Part shown: in pieces, positions 18,338-29,337 of the stretch | How the letters are laid out: every line of letters begins with the position of its first letter | Position numbering within the stretch: position 1 is the first letter of the stretch | DNA from: an uncultured Spirochaetota bacterium | GTDB lineage: Bacteria; Spirochaetota; UBA4802; UBA5550 | NCBI GenBank assembly: GCA_963827275.1 | Contig: CAWHAA010000007.1 | Span: 224,001 to 288,000, forward strand | Direction: 5' to 3' | DNA length: 64,000 nucleotides | Notes under the pieces: generated by a model | The model's input: the letters and a program-made list of their open reading frames with translations, nothing else | What the model was told of the DNA's origin: nothing | Databases searched by the model: none | Made by a program: the position numbers and the translations under genes

Positions 18338-18811
18338 ATGGCCTTTGATTTTAACGCTGATGATATCTTCAAAATGGCTGAACAAATTGAAGAAAACGGC
18401 GCCGAGTTTTACCGGAACGCTGCTGAAACAATCGCCGACGCTCACTATAAAAAGCTCCTGACCCAGCTTTCTGCCATGGAAGTGGAACATAAAAAGACCT
18501 TCACGGCCATGAGGGCGGCGCTCTCCGGTAAGGAAAAAGAAGCGACCGTATTCGACCCGATGGATGAATCCGTCCAGTACCTCAAGGCGCTTGCGGACCT
18601 GCGCGTGTTCTATGAAAAGCAGATCGACATCTCCTCGATCAAGGGAGTCCTGATGAGCGCCCTCGGCGCGGAGAAGGATTCAATCGTGTTCTATCTCGGG
18701 ATGAAGGACCTGGTGCCGGACAGGCTCGGGAAGGATAAAATAGACGCAATCATCGATGAAGAGAAAAAACATATCAGGGTGATCGGCGGTGAGCTCCTGG
18801 CTTTAAAGTAA
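18338..18811 (+). CDS. rubrerythrin / ferritin-like diiron protein
   Basis: Motifs '[12 protein letters not shown]', [12 protein letters not shown] and EEKKH. Confidence 0.9.
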   Translation: MAFDFNADDIFKMAEQIEENGAEFYRNAAETIADAHYKKLLTQLSAMEVEHKKTFTAMRAALSGKEKEATVFDPMDESVQYLKALADLRVFYEKQIDISSIKGVLMSALGAEKDSIVFYLGMKDLVPDRLGKDKIDAIIDEEKKHIRVIGGELLALK

Positions 18812-18845
18812 TGACCTGCGGCGTCCCGATCACCGGGGAGGTGGC

Positions 18846-19043
18846 ATGAAAAAGGAAAAGAAAAAGCCTGAAACCTGGTGGAAATGCTCGCAGTGCGGCT
18901 ATACCGTGAAGAAGGCGCAGCCGCCGGAGAAGTGCCCTTCGTGCAATGAACCCTGCGCTTTCACAGATGTTACCTGCTATACGCCGGAATGCGGGGGACC
19001 GGGGAACATCGATCCGTCATTGATGGGCGGCGGCAAGAGGTAG
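18846..19043 (+). CDS. rubredoxin-like small metal-binding protein
   Basis: WKCSQCGY...PPEKCPSC...[13 protein letters not shown]. Confidence 0.85.
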   Translation: MKKEKKKPETWWKCSQCGYTVKKAQPPEKCPSCNEPCAFTDVTCYTPECGGPGNIDPSLMGGGKR

Positions 19044-19078
19044 GCGTTCCTGCCGGGCCATGTCCGGCCTTCATTTCA

Positions 19079-21028
19079 TTATTTTACTTCGAAACCGATG
19101 ACAAGGGTGTCGTCCGTGATGTCCGCGCCGTCCCTGAATTCGACTATCTTCTTCATGATAGTGTTGAGCTTTTCGCCGAGTGATTCGCCCGCGTTTGTCC
19201 TGAACAGCTCGAGCAGCGCGTCATCATAGCCGAGCATGTCTTTCTGCCTGTTGGCCGTTTCGGGAATCCCGTCCGTATAGAGATACATCCTGTCCCCCGG
19301 GGAAAGCCGTATCGTCGTTGAGTCGAACGCGATGTCGTCGCTGATGCCGATCAGCGTGCTCTTTCCCATGTGGAGCGCAATATCGCCTTGTCTCCTCGCC
19401 ACGATCGGGCCGGGGTGGCCGCCGTTGGTATAGGAAAAGACGAACTCCCCCGACTTCTTCTGCCGCGAGAACAGTCCGTATATGCCGGTGATGAAATATG
19501 ACGACATGCGCCCGTATAGCTCCGCGTTCAGCTGCGTGATGAAGCGCACCGGGCTCTGCCCATACTTGACCGACAGCCTGTCCGTTATCGATTTCAGAAG
19601 CGACAGGTAGAGCGAAGAGGCGACGCCATGGCCCGATACGTCGCAGATAAAGATGCCGAAGGAGTCTTTGAGGAACGGGTAGAAACAGAAAAAGTCCCCG
19701 CCCAGCTTCTCCATCGGGTTATACCGGAAATCGATGGCCATGGCATCAAGCCTGGGCACCTGCTGGTTCATGATGTCGCGCAGGGTTATCTGCGCCACCT
19801 TGAGGTCGCGCTCGATATCCTTGTTCCGCTTGCTGATGATCCTGTGCTTTTCCTGGAGGGCGTAATCGACCTTCTTGCGCAGCGTGATATCGACAAAGGA
19901 AAGGATGATCCCTATGTTGTCCTGCTTTTCGTTTTTAATCATCGAGGCGGAGAGAATGGTGTAGATGCTCGACCCGTCGGTCCTTTTCAGGTAGAGCTCG
20001 CCGACCCAGCTGCCGATCTCTTCGAGGACCTCGAAGACGTTCAGCAGGTCTTCATGGGTATCCGGGTGGCAGCACTGTAGAATCGTTTTCCCGAGCAGCT
20101 GATCGGCATCGGCAAAGCCCCACATCGTAAGAAAGGAGTTGTTGACAAACGAAAAGCCGCCGCCGGGCTCAGTGATGGCAATGGCGTTCATCGACTTTTC
20201 AATGGCATAGCTTTTTATCAGGATCTCCCGCTCTGCTTTCTTTTTTTCGGTGACGTCCCTGGCAACGCCGTTAAAGCCGGTGACGGCCCCGCTTTCGTCG
20301 CGGAGGAGCCCCGCGGACACCTCCAGGATGGCGATGCTGCCGTCGCCCCTGATGATCTCGCAGTCAAAGAAATCCGAGGCTTTGCCCGAGCGGTATATGT
20401 CCTTGAATATTTCGTTTTTCTTCTTGTCGGTCCGGATGGTCATGTATTCGCGGCTGTTCATGCCCGGAAGCTTATCGCGCGGGATGCGCATGATCCTGAC
20501 CACCGATTCGTTGAAAAACACGAGGTTGCCGTCGAGGTCGGTCTCGAAATACCCCTCTTCCATGTTCTCAATGATGTTCCGGTATTTATTATCTCCCGCT
20601 TCGGAACGGCTTTTTGTCGCCTGCAGCTCGTCAAAGAGCCTCTTCATGCGCAGCGACGCATTAATGCGTGACACTATCTCCGCGTCGTTGACCGGCTTGG
20701 TGATATAATCGGTCGCGTAATGTTCCAGCGCATTCAGCTTGCCCGGTGTATCAGGCTGCACGGCGGTGATGAAAATTATCGGGATGTGGCGCGACGCGGG
20801 ATCGCTCCGCATCAGCCGTGCCGCTTCATAGCCGTCCATATCCGGCATCACGACATCAAGCAGCACAAGGTCGGGGCGCTCGGTGTTAAATAGCTCGACG
20901 CCCTCCCTGCCGTTGTTCGCTGTAATTACGGAGAATCCGGCTGAAGTGAGGTGGGAGCGATAGTAATCGGTATTGAGGGCCTGGTCGTCTACGACCAGTA
21001 TCCTCTCTGTTGCAGGTACGCCGCTCAT
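19079..21028 (-). CDS. REC-PAS-PAS-SpoIIE (PP2C) phosphatase
   Basis: REC domain (VDD, LLDVVMPDMDG, TKP), two PAS/PAC domains, and SpoIIE motifs GGDF, DVSGHG, YTDG and DDT. Confidence 0.92.
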   Translation of the reverse strand: MSGVPATERILVVDDQALNTDYYRSHLTSAGFSVITANNGREGVELFNTERPDLVLLDVVMPDMDGYEAARLMRSDPASRHIPIIFITAVQPDTPGKLNALEHYATDYITKPVNDAEIVSRINASLRMKRLFDELQATKSRSEAGDNKYRNIIENMEEGYFETDLDGNLVFFNESVVRIMRIPRDKLPGMNSREYMTIRTDKKKNEIFKDIYRSGKASDFFDCEIIRGDGSIAILEVSAGLLRDESGAVTGFNGVARDVTEKKKAEREILIKSYAIEKSMNAIAITEPGGGFSFVNNSFLTMWGFADADQLLGKTILQCCHPDTHEDLLNVFEVLEEIGSWVGELYLKRTDGSSIYTILSASMIKNEKQDNIGIILSFVDITLRKKVDYALQEKHRIISKRNKDIERDLKVAQITLRDIMNQQVPRLDAMAIDFRYNPMEKLGGDFFCFYPFLKDSFGIFICDVSGHGVASSLYLSLLKSITDRLSVKYGQSPVRFITQLNAELYGRMSSYFITGIYGLFSRQKKSGEFVFSYTNGGHPGPIVARRQGDIALHMGKSTLIGISDDIAFDSTTIRLSPGDRMYLYTDGIPETANRQKDMLGYDDALLELFRTNAGESLGEKLNTIMKKIVEFRDGADITDDTLVIGFEVK

Positions 21029-21448
21029 AGTCCTCCTTCCGACACAAAAAACGATTTTTTTGAAGGAAGCGACATGCGACTATGTCAAAAAAGAGCAAAA
21101 TACGACTCTCCCGCGTAGCATGCGCGATTTTTTGCATGGGTATGCGGCATGTATAGTCAAGCGCCGTGCGCTTTTTTCTTCATATCGCGGATCAGGATAA
21201 ATGTGTGATTAATAGTAAGATATAAAGAACCTTCTGTCAAGTCAATTTACAGCAACGGCAATTTGAAAATTTTATCGCAGAGGCTGAATGCGGAGTCATT
21301 TAATAAGCATGCTTTCGGACGCTGTTTCAGCCGTTTTCGCGATAAAAGGTACTGAAAATCCCTGCCCGGAAATGCCGGTAAAATAATTGACAAACCGGAA
21401 TTTTGATGATAATCGATACGCGAAGCCGCAAAAAAGGGGTTGCAGGCG

Positions 21449-22147
21449 ATGCGCATACAAAAAAACGAGCTGTTTAACTCGATAACGCATCTCATCGGTC
21501 TCATCGGCGGTATATTAATGACCGCGGTTTTCTTCATTTCTTCGATCGATGTGGATGCATTCCTTGCGGTCGCGGTAAGCATTACCGGGATCTCGTATGT
21601 ATTCCTGTATGCCTCGAGCTTCATGCATCACGCGAACAAGCTATCCGAAACGGATAAGAGCCTCTGGCTGAAGCTGGACCATTGCGCCATCTTCATGATG
21701 ATGGCCGGGTCCTATGTGGGGCCCCTGTACATCTTCGCCCATGGCGGGATCCGCTGGGGTGTCCTGGCCGCGGTGTGGTTGTTCGCCCTTTCGGGGATGG
21801 CGGTGAAGCTGCGGTACCTGGTTATGCCGAACTGGGCAAACGTGGCGATCTACGCGCCCCTGTGCGCCATCGCGTTCGTGCCGATGTATCTGCTGTGGGA
21901 TACTGTCGACGCGATACCCGAGCAGGCGGTCCCGATCTCGGTGATGAAAATGATGCTGGTTGCCGGGCTGGCCATGTACGGCGTCGGCGGGTTGATTTAC
22001 GCGCTGAAGCGGCCCGATCCGAAGCCGGGGCTTGTCGGGTTCCACGGGATTTTTCACCTCTTTGTCCTGGCCGGCTCCGGGCTCCATGCGGCGGCGCTCT
22101 ATTACTCTATCGTGGCGTATCCAGTCATACGGGACTACCTGCCATGA
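21449..22147 (+). CDS. hemolysin III / PAQR family membrane protein
   Basis: Motifs 'NSITH', 'SSFMH', 'KLDHCAIF.M.AGSY' and 'FHGIFHLFV...H'. Confidence 0.9.
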   Translation: MRIQKNELFNSITHLIGLIGGILMTAVFFISSIDVDAFLAVAVSITGISYVFLYASSFMHHANKLSETDKSLWLKLDHCAIFMMMAGSYVGPLYIFAHGGIRWGVLAAVWLFALSGMAVKLRYLVMPNWANVAIYAPLCAIAFVPMYLLWDTVDAIPEQAVPISVMKMMLVAGLAMYGVGGLIYALKRPDPKPGLVGFHGIFHLFVLAGSGLHAAALYYSIVAYPVIRDYLP

Positions 22148-22740
22148 CCAGCTTTTTTGTGAACACCTTCATCAAGTTCTTTTTCCTCCTCACGCCGTTT
22201 TTCCTTCTCTCCACATTTCTCTCCATGACGAAAGAGATGGACGGCCCCAAAAAAAGAAAGATAGCGCTCAAGACCACCGCCTCGGTCGTTATCGTGTGCA
22301 TTATCCTGTTCCTGATCGGGAACCAGATATTTGCCCTCTTCGGTATCACCCTTGATTCCTTCCGCATCGGGACCGGCATACTTCTCTTCTTCTCGGCGCT
22401 CTTGCTTGTCAGGGGACCCAAGAGCGAGCAGGAGCAGGACGGATCGGACGACATTGCCGTCGTCCCGCTCGCCATACCGGTTGCCGTCGGGCCGGCGACC
22501 ACCGGTGCCCTGCTCGTCATGGGGGGCGAGCTATCAGGGATGGCGGAGCGGATGGTCGGCATTGCCGCCATTATCGCCGCCGTGCTGTGCGTCGGGCTGT
22601 TCCTCTATCTTAGCGGCGTGATTGAACGGGTGGTGAAAAAACAGGGCCTGTCGATCCTGAGCAAAATCACCGGGCTCATCCTGGCCGCGCTGGCGGCGCA
22701 GATGATCATGACCGGCGTCCTGGGTTTTCTGGGACGGTGA
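22144..22740 (+). CDS. MarC family integral membrane protein
   Basis: Motifs 'FGITLDSFRIGTGILL', 'IAVVPLAIP..VGP' and 'SKITGLILAALA'. ATGA overlap with the upstream gene. Confidence 0.9.
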   Translation: MTSFFVNTFIKFFFLLTPFFLLSTFLSMTKEMDGPKKRKIALKTTASVVIVCIILFLIGNQIFALFGITLDSFRIGTGILLFFSALLLVRGPKSEQEQDGSDDIAVVPLAIPVAVGPATTGALLVMGGELSGMAERMVGIAAIIAAVLCVGLFLYLSGVIERVVKKQGLSILSKITGLILAALAAQMIMTGVLGFLGR

Positions 22741-22787
22741 CCGGGTGCGGCAGCGGGGGGGCACCCGGAGGGGCCCCCCGGACGGTA

Positions 22788-23786
22788 CTACCTGGTATAT
22801 TTTGCCACAATGCTTTCAAACGAATCGTTTGTCGCTCCGCAGTCGGTCACGACCATGTCTGTCAGCTCGGCTATCAGCTTCTTGTCTTTTTTGAGTTTTT
22901 CAACAAGCTTCTTGTCCTGCATTGTCTTTTCCGCGTATTTTATGAAAATATCAATGGTGGCTTTCTCCACGCTGGCGTACATCCCGCCGCTCTTCATGAT
23001 GCTGCCGATCCCGTTCCTGTCCGCCGCGATGACCGCCGCCATGGCTGCCGGGTTCTTGCTGAATTTTGAAAGGCGGGCGGTGAGGATCCTTTTTACGACA
23101 GGCTCGCTGGCGACACGGCGGTTGATCTGCCTTTCTTCTTCGCTGCCTTTCGCAGCGGCGGCATACTTTTTGTTGGACATCATCTTCTTCAGGGACTTCA
23201 GCGAATCATAGGGATAGGTCTTCATGACGCCGTAGGCGACCCTCTTGGGGATGCTGCCGGCAGGATCGACCTTGAGCTTGTAGATGAACTTCGTCTTGTT
23301 CCTGCCGAGGTATTCCATGGCGAACGAGCCGTCCATTATCGTCACCCTGGTGCGCTTCTTCTCGAGGGGGATCTTTATCTCGTCGGTGCAGTTAAATGTG
23401 ATCAGCGCCTTGCCGCCGTCATAGTCGTACATGGTCTTGTTTTTCAGAATAATGTCCCTCTCTTCGATGACGGGCGGTTTCAGCACCATGTACATGAGAA
23501 AGCTGTTCCTGTCGTATTTTTTTTCGATTTGTGCGCCGTAGCAGTCGGTCAGCCATTTGTTGAACGACGGGACGTCGCGCAGTACTTCCCCGATCACCTC
23601 CATCTTCTCATCGATGGGGCCGACCGCCATGTATTCCATAAGGTCGGTTCCGGCAACGGCGCGTTCGTACAGCTTGACGCCTCCGCTGTCCTTGATCTTT
23701 TTCCACCCGCCGGCCGCATTGACCGGCAGCAGTGACAGTGTTATGCCGATTACCGTAATAATTGCAGTATAGACGCATTTCTTCAT
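22788..23786 (-). CDS. secreted START/SRPBCC lipid-binding domain protein with helical C-terminal extension
   Basis: Signal peptide. START motifs 'W...KD..GVKLY.R', 'P.V..RD' and 'VDPAGSIP'. Confidence 0.75.
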   Translation of the reverse strand: MKKCVYTAIITVIGITLSLLPVNAAGGWKKIKDSGGVKLYERAVAGTDLMEYMAVGPIDEKMEVIGEVLRDVPSFNKWLTDCYGAQIEKKYDRNSFLMYMVLKPPVIEERDIILKNKTMYDYDGGKALITFNCTDEIKIPLEKKRTRVTIMDGSFAMEYLGRNKTKFIYKLKVDPAGSIPKRVAYGVMKTYPYDSLKSLKKMMSNKKYAAAAKGSEEERQINRRVASEPVVKRILTARLSKFSKNPAAMAAVIAADRNGIGSIMKSGGMYASVEKATIDIFIKYAEKTMQDKKLVEKLKKDKKLIAELTDMVVTDCGATNDSFESIVAKYTR

Positions 23787-24041
23787 TCTGTACCCCCTTG
23801 TATGCTTTTTGCTTTAATAATAGAAGGGCGTACAATATAATTATGTCAATATAAAAACCGTCCAATGGGATTTTTTTATTACAGTCGTTCAAAATAATAG
23901 TGATATAATGACATTACCGACGATTCCACTCTCCAATTACAGGCTCATGCCGGGAACGGGCAATCGGTGTGATGCAATAAATCTATTGTATTATTAACGG
24001 TCATGCCGCGTTATGACCGCATAGTAGATCAAGGAGCAATT

Positions 24042-25658
24042 ATGCTGTTGGAAAAGTTTAAGGCCCTCGGCCTGTCGGATATCACCCTGAATGAGATTGA
24101 AAAAAAGGGATTTGAAGAGCCGACAGAGATCCAGGAAAAAACGATCGCCATCTTTCTCAACGAAGATGTCGATATCATCGGTCAGGCGCAGACCGGGACC
24201 GGAAAGACCGCGGCGTTCGGACTGCCGCTGCTCGAGGTGATGCGTGAAAACGCGGGCGTCATCCAGGCGCTGGTGCTGGTGCCGACGCGCGAGCTCGCGA
24301 TCCAGGTCTCCGAGGAGATCAATTCATTCAAGGGGAGCCGGAAATTCCAGATCATGCCCGTGTACGGGGGGCAATCCATCTCCGACCAGCTCCACCGCCT
24401 CGCCAAGGGGGTGGATGTGGTGGTCGGCACGCCGGGCCGTGTCTTTGACCATATCAGGAGAAAAAGCATCTCGCTTGACGGGGTGTCATACGTTGTCCTC
24501 GACGAGGCCGACGAGATGCTGAACATGGGGTTTATCGAGGAGGTGGAAGAGATCCTCAAGCATACGAACCCCGCCCGGAGGACCCTTCTTTTTTCCGCCA
24601 CCATGCCCGGGCGCGTCATGGCGATCGCGAAGCAGTACATGCGCAAGTACCGGGTGGTCGCGATGAAAAAAGGGCAGCTCACCGTGGACCTGACGGACCA
24701 GATATACTTCGAGGTCGCTCCGTCTGACCGGCTCGAGTCCCTCTGCAGGATTATCGACGTCCAGAAGGATTTCTTCGGCCTGGTCTTCTGCAGGACGAAG
24801 GTGGCGGTGGACGAGCTGGCGGGAAGGCTCGTCGACCGCGGGTATGACGCGGACGGGATCCACAGCGACCTGTCGCAGTCCCAGCGGGAGCGGATACTCG
24901 ACAAGTTCAAAAAGCGGCAGATAAAGGTGCTTGTCGCCACGGACGTGGCGGCGCGGGGCATCGATGTCATCGACCTTACCCATGTCATTAATTATTCCCT
25001 TCCCCAGGACGCGGACTCGTATATCCACCGCATCGGCAGGACGGGCAGGGCGGGCAAGAAGGGGATCGCGGTCACCTTCATCAGCCCGGACGAATACAGG
25101 AAGCTCATGTACATAACGAAGGTCACGAAAACGGCGATACGCAAGGAGAAGGTGCCGCGCGCGTCGGATATCGTGTCGATCAAACGGGAGAGGATCAGGG
25201 CGGAGCTGGATGAAATGATACATGACATGGCGCACGAGGAGTATATAAAGACCGCCCTGCTGATGCTCAGGGAGAATGATCCGACCGATGTCGTCGCCGC
25301 CCTCCTGAAATATACCCTGGATGACGAATTGAGTGAAAAGAAATATACCGACATACGGGAGTTCAACGAGGTTTCGGTTGACAAACAGGGGACGGCACGG
25401 CTTTTTATATCACTCGGGAAGAAGGACGGGCTGACCCCCAGGAAACTGATAAAACTTATCAACAACCAGGCGAAGGTGCCGGCAGGGAAGGTAACGGAGA
25501 TAAAGGTGATGGACTCTTTTTCGTTTCTTACGGTCCCCTTTAAAGAAGCCGAGGTGATATTAAAGGAGTTCAAGGACCGCAAGGGAGAATCCCGTCCGAT
25601 CGTTAAACGCGCCGATATCACTGAAAAGAAAAAGAAAAAAAAGAAGAAGAAAAAATAA
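24042..25658 (+). CDS. deaD: DEAD-box RNA helicase (DeaD/CsdA-like) with DbpA RNA-binding domain
   Basis: Q motif, AQTGTGKT, PTRELA, DEAD, SAT, ARGID and HRIGRTGRAG. C-terminal DbpA domain and a 10-Lys tail. Confidence 0.9.
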   Translation: MLLEKFKALGLSDITLNEIEKKGFEEPTEIQEKTIAIFLNEDVDIIGQAQTGTGKTAAFGLPLLEVMRENAGVIQALVLVPTRELAIQVSEEINSFKGSRKFQIMPVYGGQSISDQLHRLAKGVDVVVGTPGRVFDHIRRKSISLDGVSYVVLDEADEMLNMGFIEEVEEILKHTNPARRTLLFSATMPGRVMAIAKQYMRKYRVVAMKKGQLTVDLTDQIYFEVAPSDRLESLCRIIDVQKDFFGLVFCRTKVAVDELAGRLVDRGYDADGIHSDLSQSQRERILDKFKKRQIKVLVATDVAARGIDVIDLTHVINYSLPQDADSYIHRIGRTGRAGKKGIAVTFISPDEYRKLMYITKVTKTAIRKEKVPRASDIVSIKRERIRAELDEMIHDMAHEEYIKTALLMLRENDPTDVVAALLKYTLDDELSEKKYTDIREFNEVSVDKQGTARLFISLGKKDGLTPRKLIKLINNQAKVPAGKVTEIKVMDSFSFLTVPFKEAEVILKEFKDRKGESRPIVKRADITEKKKKKKKKKK

Positions 25659-25797
25659 TATATGGAGCTGGTAACGGTACCCGCGGAGGAAGATAAATTG
25701 TAGTTGCGGGGATAACGGCTTTCATTTTCATTGATCAAAAGGAGAGGCGCGGGGTGGCGCGGTTTACAGGATAACGAAAGAACAGGAGGCACTATCA

Positions 25798-26304
25798 ATG
25801 AGCTCATTAACGGCAACCATTAAAACGAGCAAAGGCGACATCAAGCTTGAGCTGTATGCGGATAAAACGCCGCTCACGGTGGCGAATTTTGTCAATCTCG
25901 CAACGAAGGGATTTTATAACGGCCTGAAATTCCACCGGGTCATTGAGAATTTCATGATACAGGGCGGATGCCCGCTCGGTACCGGCACCGGCGGACCGGG
26001 GTATTCATTTAAAGATGAATGTACGCCCGAATTGAAGCACGACAGGCCCGGTATTCTTTCCATGGCGAATGCCGGCCCGAACACGAACGGGAGCCAGTTT
26101 TTTATCACCCATGTGCCGACCGCCTGGCTGAACGGCAAGCACACGGTGTTCGGGGCGGTCATGGGCGCCGAGGACCAGAAGACCGTAAACTCCATACAAC
26201 AGGGAGACAAGATCGAATCCGTCACGATTGACGGCGATACCGCGTCACTGTTCGCGGCCGCGGCTGACAAGCTGAAAGAGTGGAACGCCATACTGAAAAA
26301 GTGA
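25798..26304 (+). CDS. cyclophilin-type peptidyl-prolyl cis-trans isomerase
   Basis: Motifs [29 protein letters not shown] and [10 protein letters not shown]. Confidence 0.97.
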   Translation: MSSLTATIKTSKGDIKLELYADKTPLTVANFVNLATKGFYNGLKFHRVIENFMIQGGCPLGTGTGGPGYSFKDECTPELKHDRPGILSMANAGPNTNGSQFFITHVPTAWLNGKHTVFGAVMGAEDQKTVNSIQQGDKIESVTIDGDTASLFAAAADKLKEWNAILKK

Positions 26305-26371
26305 CCGCACCGTGTGCGGGCGCGCGCCGCGGCCCGGTGTGCGCCTGCCCGGGGCAGGGCGGGAAGAAGTC

Positions 26372-26701
26372 ATGTCGGATAAAATAGTATACTCAACAGA
26401 TTCGGGCGATCTTCGGAAAAACCGCGCCAGCGGCGCCAGGCCCGCGGCGCGCCCCGGTGACGGTATTGTCCGGGTGCAGCGGGAGAGCAAGGGCAGGGGT
26501 GGAAAGACCGTGTCGGTTATACGGGGCCTGAACCTGCCCGGCGACCGCCTGTCCCTCCTTGCCGCGCGGTTAAAGCAGCAGTGCGGCGCTGGCGGTACCG
26601 TGAAAGACGGTGAAATAATCATCCAGGGCGACAAGGTGGATTTTATCGTAAAGACCCTCCAGAAGGACGGGTTCATCGTCAAGGTGTCCGGCAGGTCCTG
26701 A
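26372..26701 (+). CDS. yciH: translation initiation factor SUI1/YciH
   Basis: Motifs 'IVYSTD', 'KGRGGKTVSVI' and 'LKQQCGAGGTVKDG.I.IQGD'. Confidence 0.92.
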   Translation: MSDKIVYSTDSGDLRKNRASGARPAARPGDGIVRVQRESKGRGGKTVSVIRGLNLPGDRLSLLAARLKQQCGAGGTVKDGEIIIQGDKVDFIVKTLQKDGFIVKVSGRS

Positions 26702-26851
26702 CAGTCAGTTTACAAGCGCAACACAAACCAAAAAGTATCCCCATTTTTTTAATTGTTGACATTGTTTCAATTTTGTTAAGATTATTGCATATGTCCTGAT
26801 CGTGCTCGTCTGGCCGGGAGGATGACGATTCAAATGCCGGGGTAATCGCCT

Positions 26852-29332
26852 ATGATGCTCGCAGACCATGACAAGACCGCTCTGATCTATCGTGATGAAC
26901 CGATCAGTTATACCGATCTTTTAACCCGTGTGGCGGCCTATGCCTCGGGCTACCGCATCGGGAAAGGCGATCGGGTCGCGATCTGTTCCGAAAACAGGCC
27001 GGAATGGATATACGCGTTTTACTCGGTCTGGCTGAACGGGGGCATCCCGGTACCGCTCGACGCTACCGCGGCGCCGGCTGACCTCGCCGTGATTCTTGAC
27101 GATTCCACGCCATCAGCCGCCCTCTGCTCGTCCGGCTGCTCCCGGAATGTGCGGGAGGCCATGACGATATGCCGTAACGCGGTGCCGGTCCTTCTCTTTG
27201 ACGACATGCCGGCGCCTGTGCCCGGCAGCGGCAGGCCGGTGAGCGGGGGTGAACCCGGCGATACGGCCCTCATCCTCTACACCTCGGGGACAACGGGCGC
27301 TCCGAAGGGCGTGATGCTCAGCTTCGATAACCTGGCCGCCTGCATCGAGGGGATCTCCACGCTCGGCATGCTCGTTCCCGGCGACAGGCTTATCGGCCTG
27401 CTGCCGTTCCACCATATCTTTCCGCTGCAGGGCACGGTCATAGCGCCCCTCTGCATCGGGTCCTCGGTCGTCATCGTGGCGAGCCTCTCCTCCGACGATA
27501 TCCTTGCCGCGCTCCAGCGGCACCAGGTTACCATGTTCCTCGGCGTTCCGAAGCTGTATGAGCTCTTTCACGCCGGCATCATGCGCAAGATACGCGCGAG
27601 CCCGGCGGTGCGTCTGCTGTTCATGCTGGTGCGACTGGCAGGCAGCAACCGGCCGGGCCGCATTGTTTTCGGGCGCATACACCGGGCCTTCGGCGGGCAT
27701 GTGCGCGCATACCTCACCGGGGGGGCGCCCATGGACAGGCTGGTCGCGCGCGACCTGTGGGCGCTCGGCTTCCGCCTCGTTGAAGGATACGGCCTTACCG
27801 AAACCGCGCCGCTGGTGGCGTTCAACCATTTCGACCGGATCAGGCCGGGCACCGTCGGCAGGCCCATGGCGGGCATCGAGGTGAAAATCGAGGATGGAGA
27901 GGTCCTCGTGCGGGGCCGCAACGTGATGAAGGGCTATTACAAAAACCCCGCGGCCACGGCCGAGAAGGTCCGGGACGGCTGGTTCCATACCGGGGACCTG
28001 GGCGAATTTGACTCCCACGGCTACCTGCGCGTGACCGGCAGGACGGATGACATGATCGTCCTGCCGAACGGGAAGAACATCAGCCCGGAAGAGATCGAGA
28101 GGCGGCTCGTTGAATCGTCCCCCTATATAAGGGAGGCGGGCGTCTTCCTCCGCGGGGGGCGCCTCGCCGCAGTCGTCCTTCCTGATTTCAGCGCGTTAGA
28201 GAACGACGGCGTGACGACCATACGGGAGACCATCAGGTGGAAGGTCATCGATCGCTATAATACGCAGGTCCCCGGCTACCGGCGCGTTATGGATTTGGTC
28301 ATCTGCCACGAGGAACTGCCGCGCACCAGGCTCGGGAAGCTCAAGAGGTACCTGCTCGATGACTTCGCGAAGGGGGACCGCCCCGCTGCCGGTCGTCGGG
28401 CTGAACCCGCCACCCGGGAATATCAGATAATAAAGAAATTTCTCGGCTCGCTGTCGCGGACCGATGTGCGGCCGGAGCACCATCTCGAGCTTGACCTTGG
28501 GCTTGATTCTCTGAACAGGGTTGAGCTCATGGTGTTCATCGAATCCGCGTTCGGCGTCGCGATTGACGAACAGGAGCTGGCGCACACGCAGACGGTGGAG
28601 CAACTCGCCGGGCTTGTCGCCGGGCGCAGGACGCGGATGGATGACATGGCAGTGGGGTGGCGGGAGATACTGGGCGCGCCGGTCCCCTCCACCGTCCGCA
28701 GCAGGGTGAACCTGCTGCGGTGCGTCAGGTTCATCGCCCGGCCGCTTTTCCGGGCCTATTTCAAATTGCGCTACCGCGGGATCAACCATCTGCCCGACGG
28801 GCCCTTTATCATCGCCCCGAACCATCAGAGCTTCATGGATGTCCTCCTTATCGCCATAGCCCTGCCGGACAAAGTGCTCCATGATACTTTTTTCCTCGCC
28901 AGGGAATCGCTCGCCCGAAGGGCGCCGGTGCGCTATCTGATGAAAAAAGCCAATGTCGTGTTTCTCAATTTCGAGCGGGACCTCCGGTCGGCCCTGGGGA
29001 ACGCGGCCTCCGTTCTCGCGTCGGGGAGGAACCTCGTCATTTTCCCGGAAGGGCACCGGTCCAGGGACGGCAGCATCGGTCCCTTCAAGAAGACGTTCGC
29101 GATACTCAGCGCGGAGCTCGGCATACCGGTGGTCCCGGTGGCGATCAGCGGTGCCTATGACGCGCTGCCGAAAAACGGTCTGCTCCCGCGGCCCGGGACA
29201 ATAGAGCTCGCCTTCCTGGAGCCGGTCCAGGCGCGCGGCGCCGACTACGACGCCATGGCGGAGAAGATCCGCTCAATTATTAACCGGGCGGTCGTCCGCA
29301 GCCCGGCCGCACCATCAGGACGGGAGGAATAA
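26852..29332 (+). CDS. long-chain acyl-CoA/ACP synthetase - carrier protein - PlsC acyltransferase fusion (Aas-like)
   Basis: AMP-binding motifs YTSGTTGAPKG, EGYGLTE and FHTGD. ACP motif DLGLDSL. PlsC motifs NHQSFMD and FPEG.RS. Confidence 0.92.
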   Translation: MMLADHDKTALIYRDEPISYTDLLTRVAAYASGYRIGKGDRVAICSENRPEWIYAFYSVWLNGGIPVPLDATAAPADLAVILDDSTPSAALCSSGCSRNVREAMTICRNAVPVLLFDDMPAPVPGSGRPVSGGEPGDTALILYTSGTTGAPKGVMLSFDNLAACIEGISTLGMLVPGDRLIGLLPFHHIFPLQGTVIAPLCIGSSVVIVASLSSDDILAALQRHQVTMFLGVPKLYELFHAGIMRKIRASPAVRLLFMLVRLAGSNRPGRIVFGRIHRAFGGHVRAYLTGGAPMDRLVARDLWALGFRLVEGYGLTETAPLVAFNHFDRIRPGTVGRPMAGIEVKIEDGEVLVRGRNVMKGYYKNPAATAEKVRDGWFHTGDLGEFDSHGYLRVTGRTDDMIVLPNGKNISPEEIERRLVESSPYIREAGVFLRGGRLAAVVLPDFSALENDGVTTIRETIRWKVIDRYNTQVPGYRRVMDLVICHEELPRTRLGKLKRYLLDDFAKGDRPAAGRRAEPATREYQIIKKFLGSLSRTDVRPEHHLELDLGLDSLNRVELMVFIESAFGVAIDEQELAHTQTVEQLAGLVAGRRTRMDDMAVGWREILGAPVPSTVRSRVNLLRCVRFIARPLFRAYFKLRYRGINHLPDGPFIIAPNHQSFMDVLLIAIALPDKVLHDTFFLARESLARRAPVRYLMKKANVVFLNFERDLRSALGNAASVLASGRNLVIFPEGHRSRDGSIGPFKKTFAILSAELGIPVVPVAISGAYDALPKNGLLPRPGTIELAFLEPVQARGADYDAMAEKIRSIINRAVVRSPAAPSGREE

Positions 29333-29337
29333 GAGAT

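Noticed and set aside
21682..22143. Extended N-terminus of the MarC ORF
   Set aside because: It overlaps the hemolysin III gene out of frame. The true start is the ATGA overlap at 22144.
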